Assembly (NCBI GenBank): GCA_951406725.2
Contig: OX597816.1
Span: forward strand, 114,762,001-114,826,000
Origin: Octopus vulgaris
Taxonomy: Eukaryota
Reading direction: 5' to 3'
DNA: 64,000 bases
Positions 57,012-64,000 of this stretch are shown here, piece after piece (the first letter of the stretch is position 1; each line of letters opens with the position of its first letter). Made by a program: the position numbers and the translations under genes. The notes beneath the pieces are model-generated. The model saw only the letters and a list, made by a program, of their open reading frames with translations. It made no database searches and had not been told where the DNA came from.

Positions 57012-57568
57012 TAGAACATTATTGGTGAATTGAAGAAATGGAGCTGAACGCAGATTGAACAGAAATCGTTTTATTTCATTCTACACGTGTTTCGAAAGGC
57101 ACAAATTACCAAAATCCGATGGAATAATGGGACCATATTGTGTCTTTCTCTTCAGGAAGAAAATGGGAAATCTGTTGGAAAAACAAAAACAGAACAGAGG
57201 CGGAGCAAAAACAAATCGAATTTTTGCTCCGCCTCTGTTCTGTTTTTGTTTTTCCAACGGATTTCCTATTTTCTTCCTGAAGAGAAAGACACAATATGGT
57301 CCCATTATTCCATCGGATTTTGGTAATTTGTGCCTTTCGAAACATGTGTAGAATGAAATAAAACGATTTCTGTTCAATCTACGTTCAGCTCCATTTCTTC
57401 AATTCACCAATAATGTTCTAATTTCAATTATCCGCACCAACGCACGGTTGCAACACCATATGGTTGTACCTCCAACCGTGCTGTTTTACTGCTGTGATTT
57501 TTGCTACTAAGGTATCGGTTAAACTTTTGATTAATCTACTACAAGATTATTCATCTTTCTATTTCACA
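57012..57568 (+). mobile_element. Foldback element: 200-bp-arm palindrome plus ~148-bp tail in (TA)n
   Basis: 57012-57211 is the reverse complement of 57221-57420 with 4 mismatches; 9-nt loop. Confidence 0.95.
57268..57359 (+). ncRNA. Type I hammerhead motif (mirror copy on the minus strand at 57073-57164)
   Basis: TTC CTGAAGA GAAAGACACAA[...]TTGTGCCTTTC GAAAC ATGT GTA GAA; the minus copy has the palindromic stem III ACACGTGT. Confidence 0.8.
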
Positions 57569-57624
57569 TATATTATATATATATATATATATATATACAT
57601 ACATATATATATACACACACACAC

Positions 57625-57664
<40 letters not shown>

Positions 57665-58039
57665 ATATAAATATATATACTTATATATACACACACACAA
57701 AATGGGTTTCTTTCAGTTTCCATCTACCAAATCCACTCACAAGGCTTTCATCAACCCGAGGCTATAATAGAAGGCGCCACACAGTGGAGCTAAATCAAGA
57801 ACCATGTGGTTGGGAAGTATATATATAGAAAAATCTATTTGCCAACATAAGGTAGTAGCCCTCTGTAGAATCATGTTACTACATTTTAACCCCAGGAAAA
57901 CATCTTTTCCTGGAGTTAAAAGATAATAACATGGTCCTATGCAAGACTGTATGGATTTTACTATGCAATATAGTTACTACTTAGATCTCATTCAGAAATT
58001 TTAAATTAGCTGTTTTATTCATATATAAATATATATATA

Positions 58040-58224
58040 TCATAATAGATTGTTAGCCACTACACACATTTTTTTTCTCTCCTTGTTTTCTGTGTCCCTT
58101 TCTGTAGAAGAGCGTAGGCTCGAAACGTAAAAGACTTTTTCTATACCTGAGCATTATACTAATACATCTGTTTGTTTTGTACACCACCTATCTTCATCTT
58201 TTGTTGTTTTTTTTCGTAATCTCT

Positions 58225-58228
<4 letters not shown>
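58040..58228 (+). mobile_element. Family E hammerhead-like insert
   Basis: CTTT CTGTAGA A GAGC GTAG GCTC GAAAC GTA AAAG at 58098-58133. Confidence 0.75.
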
Positions 58229-58275
<47 letters not shown>

Positions 58276-59216
58276 AAAATGACAAAGGAATAAATGCTTA
58301 TCTTATGATCTTTATTAGCTTACAACTGTTTCTACTATAAGATGCAATAGACTCATAGTTGAGTGCCTGAGAAACACCTTATAGTTTCATGCAACTGAAA
58401 TGCAATTCATTTGGGAAATGAATTGAAGCCTATGTATATTGAGGTCTATAACAGGCTATTAGTCTTGCAATGCCTAAGCGAAATACATATATACATAGCT
58501 TTTAGACTCAAACTGGAGAGCAGACTGTCAATTTCCCTATGTTATTCTTGTCTTTCCAGAGGTTGAAATCAGTTTGATCTCTATAAACACAGAGAAACAG
58601 TAAGCATCCTGTTAGGTCAAATCTAAAGGAATAAATATATGTTCAATATTTAAAACTATATTGATTTCTTTACTGAAGTGTAGTCTTGTTCGCTTGATCT
58701 ACAACACTAAATAACATACATATTGAGATAAGTGTGTGAGTCTAAGTTGATGTATCTTTAACACAGACATATATGGTATTGTGATAAACTTACAACTCTT
58801 TCTTTGAGATCTTTTTTAGTTCCATGAAGCATTTGATTGCAATGATGATAGTGTAACAAGGACAGAACTTAGAATATACAAGAACAGTTTATAGATATAG
58901 GCATATGCACAAACTCACAGATACATGCATACACGCACATGCAGAACAACTGCATATATGTATATGCATATCTATGTACTTAATTTTTATTTTCTTATTC
59001 TTTTACTTATTTCAGTCATTTGACTGTGGCCATGCTGGATCACCACCTTTAGGTGAGCAAATCTAGCCTGATTTATTCTTTGTAAGCCTAGTACTTATTC
59101 TATTGGTCTCTTTTGCAGAACTGCTAAGTTACAGGGACGTAAACACACCAGCATCGATTGTCAAGTGATGTTGGTGGGACAAATGCACAAATACACACAC
59201 ACACACACATATATAT

Positions 59217-59548
59217 TTTAGGACAATCAGTAAATTGTTATAATAGGATTCAGAGTTTCAAATGCCGGAGCTAAGAGCTACAATGCATTCTCATTGGCTA
59301 TTAATGGCAATAGATGATATAAAAAAAAACGTTGAATAAAAGGGAAGTTACTCTAATATGTAGGAAAATATATAAAAGATAAAAGATACACACAACCATA
59401 TTCTCACAAGATGTAGACATATATCCTCCTGCGTTCATAAGATCTACATACGTACACACACACACACACACACAAACATGTATATATACATGCCTATAAA
59501 CACACAAACATATATATGCATTTACGTACTCATACACATATCCACACA

Positions 59549-59588
<40 letters not shown>

Positions 59589-59702
59589 TACATATATATA
59601 CATATATATGCATGAAACTTCATCCTCATATTCCCATAGGTGTATGCTTACATATATATATTTAGACATTCATACATATAAATATATGCATATATATATA
59701 TG

Positions 59703-59744
<42 letters not shown>

Positions 59745-59852
59745 TATATATATACATATATACATATATACATACATACTCATACAGGTATCATTCACGT
59801 TTTCACATTCACCACATGTATGAATATACGTATATATACATCTGTACACAAT

Positions 59853-59901
<49 letters not shown>

Positions 59902-60540
59902 GTATGTATATACATATACACCCTCTTATCACACACCTACAACTGCAGATATAAGATTTACTGGAAGATCTTAACCGAGTGTAAACCTTATACCAACGGT
60001 TGTGTTATGTATGGTCATTGTGATATGTAAAGATGGCTCATCTGGAAATTTTCTTTGGACCAAGCTACATGTCTAAATTCAAGAACTGAACTTTTTGGAT
60101 CATGTCCACATATGACAAAATATCTGTTATGGTTTTGAACCCCCTAAGATTATGGATAGAATCTGCATTTCTACTATGTTCCCATGTCTTCACATTTGTT
60201 ATTGTTTTATATATTTTTCCTTTTTTGCTTTTTAATTGTGTGATTGTGTACGTGTGTGAGTATATGTATATGTAAGTATATATTAAATGTGTATGTGTGT
60301 GCATGTGTATATATGTGTACACGTATATGTTTATGAGTGTAGGACTGTGTCTGCCCATAAGTGCGACTTTCATGCACATGTCTCCTTCTTTTATACATAT
60401 ATGTATATGCATATGCTTGTATATCTGCGGTTGTGTGTGATAGGAGGGTGTATATGCATACATATATATATATCTGTGTACATATGTACATATATGTATA
60501 TTCATATATGAGGTCAGTGTGAATGCATGCCTGTATGAGC

Positions 60541-60578
<38 letters not shown>

Positions 60579-61012
60579 TTATGTATATTTATATGTATAA
60601 ATGTCTAAATATATATGTAAGCATATACCTGTATGTATATGAGGATGAAGTTGCATGCATATATACATATATATATGTATATGTGTGTGTGTGGATATGT
60701 TATGAGTACGTAAATGCATATTTATATATTTGTGTGTGTGTGTGCATGTACATATATATGTTTGTGTGAGTGTGTACTTACGTAGACGTTATGAACACAG
60801 GAGATTTTTATGTCTAAGTGTTGTGAGAATATGATTGCATGTATTATTTATCTTTTATACTTTTCCTACATATTAGAGTAACTTCCCTTTTATTCAACGG
60901 TTGTTTTTTATAGCGTCTTTTGTTATAATAACTGATGAAAATGCATTGTAGCTCTTAGCTACGGCATTTGAAACTCTGAGTCCTATTATGACAATTTACT
61001 GATTGTCCTAAA
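59217..61012. repeat. Large diverged inverted repeat (arms ~59217-59955 and ~60415-61012)
   Basis: TTTAGGACAATCAGTAAATTGT.ATAATAGGA.TCAGAGTTTCAAATGCC is mirrored at the right end; colinear matches continue through the microsatellites. Confidence 0.9.
60925..60989 (+). ncRNA. Type I hammerhead motif
   Basis: ATAATAA CTGATGA AAATGC[ATTGTAGCTCTTAGCTACG]GCATTT GAAA CTCTGAG TC CTATTAT; decayed mirror copy at 59243-59303. Confidence 0.75.
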
Positions 61013-61118
61013 CTATACATATATAAATTCTCTATTTACTTAATATTGAGGTCTCATTCACTTGTTGCCATTTTATATTCTTCTTCTTCTTCTTCTTCTT
61101 CTTCTTCTTCTTCTTCTT

Positions 61119-61190
<72 letters not shown>

Positions 61191-61517
61191 TATATACACA
61201 CACAACGAACTTACAGTTTCTGTCTACCAAATCCACTCACAAGGCCTTGGTCAGCCCGAGGCTATAGTAGAAGACACTTGCCCAAGATGCCATGTAGTGG
61301 GAATGAACCCGGAACCATGTGGTTGGTAAGCAAGCTACTCACAACACAGCCACTCCTGTACCTATGTAGGTGTATTTGTATAAACTTTTCTTGTACACTC
61401 TAAATTGTGTCCATTTTAGTACATAATCATCACTGCAAGTGATTCGTTGTGTGTGTGTGTATGTGTGTGTTATATTATATATGTCTAAATATATATTTAT
61501 ATATATAGTATCTCTCT

Positions 61518-61560
<43 letters not shown>

Positions 61561-61689
61561 GATGTATACACACACACTCACACATGCATATATGTATATA
61601 GGGAGAGAAATAGAGACAGATAGAGAAACAGAGAGAGGGAGATAAATGGAAAGATATGTCTGTGGGAATATATATATTAAAAAAAAAAA

Positions 61690-62051
<362 letters not shown>

Positions 62052-62569
62052 CATATATATTATGTATGTATGTGCAAATACTTGCTGGAAGCAAAATAAA
62101 GATAAACCAATTCAATGCATATTGCAGGTTAGCTTATTAAATTTTTATACTTTTAAAATCATTACTCAAAGTTTCATAAAGGCCAGATGTTCATTTTGAA
62201 AAAGAATACATCACACAGCCATGTGTTGAGATGAATTCTTTGGAGTTTGAATAATTCACTTCTGGAAACGTAAGGGTTTCATTCAACATCCGTAAACAAT
62301 CCTTATTCAAGGACCATTTGAGTGTGATGGGCTACTTGACCTGAAATAAATTCTAACTGGGCCCCACCTGCAAGGTCATTCACTGTTTATCTCGATATGA
62401 AATCACCATGTTGAGCACCTATGGTTATGATGCATGTGCCTGGTGTACCCTTATCAGATGGGGTAGTCATGATGGGTATACTGGGTTTCACATATTTTAC
62501 CTCAGTGTCACTTTGATGGCATGCTCTGCTCTCTCACTCAGTAATAATAATAATAATAATAATAATAAG

Positions 62570-62906
62570 TGAAGGCACATGGCTCAGTGGTTATAGCATC
62601 GAGCTTACGATCATGAGGTTGTGAGTTTGAATCCCAGACTGGGCTACGTGTTGTGTTCCTGAACTAGACACTTAATTTCATGTTGTTCCAGTTCACTCAG
62701 CTGTAGAAATGAGTTGCGACGTCACAGGTGCCAAGCTGTACCAGCCCTTTCCTTTCCCTTGGATAACATCGGTGGTGTTGGGAGGGAAGGCTGGTATGCA
62801 TGGGCAACTGCTGGTTTTCCATAAACAACTTTGCCTGGACTTGTGCCTGGGAGGCTACCTTTCTAGGTGCAATCTCATGGTCAGTCATGATTGAAGTGGG
62901 GTCTCA
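62570..62906 (+). mobile_element. tRNA-headed SINE (family D group) in (TAA)n
   Basis: A box TGGCTCAGTGG, B box GTTTGAATCCC, followed by TTGTGTTCCTG..CACTCAGCTGTA. Confidence 0.8.
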
Positions 62907-63029
62907 GCAATAATAATAATGATAACAATAATAATATAAATGAAATGTCACGTGTTTTGGTGTGTGACTTTTGACCCACCCTGTACACAGACACATACAC
63001 ACACACACATCATTGTATAGCTGTATTGA

Positions 63030-63303
63030 CAAGATTATTGTTGTACATCGCTGGTCACAATGCACTTCCTTGCTTAGTTGTAGCTTTTGAATGATGCCAC
63101 CCTACTTGCAAGGCAGGCAGATACGTTAATGTTCCACCAGAATGGAATACCAGTCCATTGTAGGCTTATCAATTTGCATGTGAATGAATTGAAACAGCAT
63201 AAAATGAAGTGTCTTACCCAAGAACACAACACACTGCACGTCTGGTAATTGAAACCATGGTCTAGTTTTGTAAATGCAACACCTTAACCACTAGGCTACG
63301 CAC
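63030..63303 (-). mobile_element. Diverged family D group SINE
   Basis: Head TAGCCTAGTGGTTAAGG; tail GCATTGTGACCAGCGATGT shared with 37390-37412. Confidence 0.7.
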
Positions 63304-64000
63304 TTTTACTCACACACACACAAACCGAAACACGTGTATTCTTTGTTTTCAATTCATTCTAAACAGAAGATGCTGTTTTAGCTCCTGAGACTCAAAGCTC
63401 CAACATTAGAATTTAGACATCAACAACAGTGTCATGTTACGTGCTGAATTTTTGAGAAGACTTGCATATTTTCAGTGACCCATACACGAATTGGTAATTA
63501 ACAGGGCCCGACCCTATTTACTACAAGAATCCTAAAATCATTCAGAAATGATTTCATTTCCATCAGCTGCTGCTCCTACTGCTGCCACTGCTACTACTGT
63601 TGCTACCGTTTGTTGGTGCTATTGTTGTTGTTGCTCCTTCTTCTTCTTCTTCTTCTTCTTCTTCTTCTTCTTCTTCTTCTTCTTCTTCTTCTTCTCAACC
63701 ACCACCACTACCACCACCTCTTCCCCCACTTCTCCCCCTCTTCACTCCTCCTCCTGCTATGTAGGTGGGAGCAGTGTTACACAGCAGGTGGAAAAAAAGC
63801 AATATTTTAAGACACAGTACATAGGGATTGGAAGAAAACAGAAAAATATTAAAAAAAGAAAAACGAAAAAAAATAAAGCAAAAGAAGAAGAAAAAAAAGA
63901 CACAGCAGTAATTAAAAATCCTGCATCAATTATTATTTGTTTAATTTTTTTCCCTCCTTTCATTGATTTATTTTCAAAGCCATCTTTTTTTTGTTTTTGT

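Larger units (their letters stand above)
56772..57818 (-). mobile_element. SINE family B split by the palindromic hammerhead element
   Basis: Tail 56772-56980; 5' part 57702-57818. Confidence 0.8.
58997..61362 (-). mobile_element. SINE family B split by a ~1.9-kb foldback
   Basis: Tail 58997-59185; head 61213-61362. Confidence 0.75.

Noticed and set aside
57055-57377. Mirror-image 98-aa and 79-aa ORFs on both strands
   Set aside because: A consequence of the DNA palindrome; no recognisable protein features.
60065-60235. Non-repetitive peptide in the foldback spacer as a possible PLE ORF remnant
   Set aside because: No RT or GIY-YIG motif could be recognised, and stops follow closely.

Overview
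AT-rich, microsatellite-saturated animal genomic DNA with no recognisable host gene, probably intronic or intergenic. The repeat content resembles a cephalopod (Octopus-like) genome; this is inference. Almost all ORFs in the track are translations of (TA)n, (CA)n, (TACA)n or (TAGA)n repeats. Real coding remnants: a young 5'-truncated RTE-clade LINE (RT plus a C4HC3 PHD-like finger), a CR1/L2-like LINE 3' end, two restriction-like-endonuclease (R4/Dong-like) LINE 3' ends and a mariner C-terminus. Also present: three tRNA-headed SINE families, many RTE 3'UTR fragments, Tc1/mariner, pogo and hAT MITEs, and two non-autonomous Helitrons. The main result is a set of short ORF-less inserts, mostly in (TA)n tracts, from several unrelated sequence families. 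They carry type I hammerhead ribozyme motifs (stem I-CUGANGA-stem II-GAAA-self-complementary stem III-NUH-stem I'). Many share an asymmetric foldback layout: inverted copy, loop, sense copy, unique tail. The best example is a 200-bp-arm palindrome at 57012-57420 with a hammerhead on each strand. These look like Penelope-like-element or retrozyme-type RNAs. All structures were read by eye; no folding program or database search was run.
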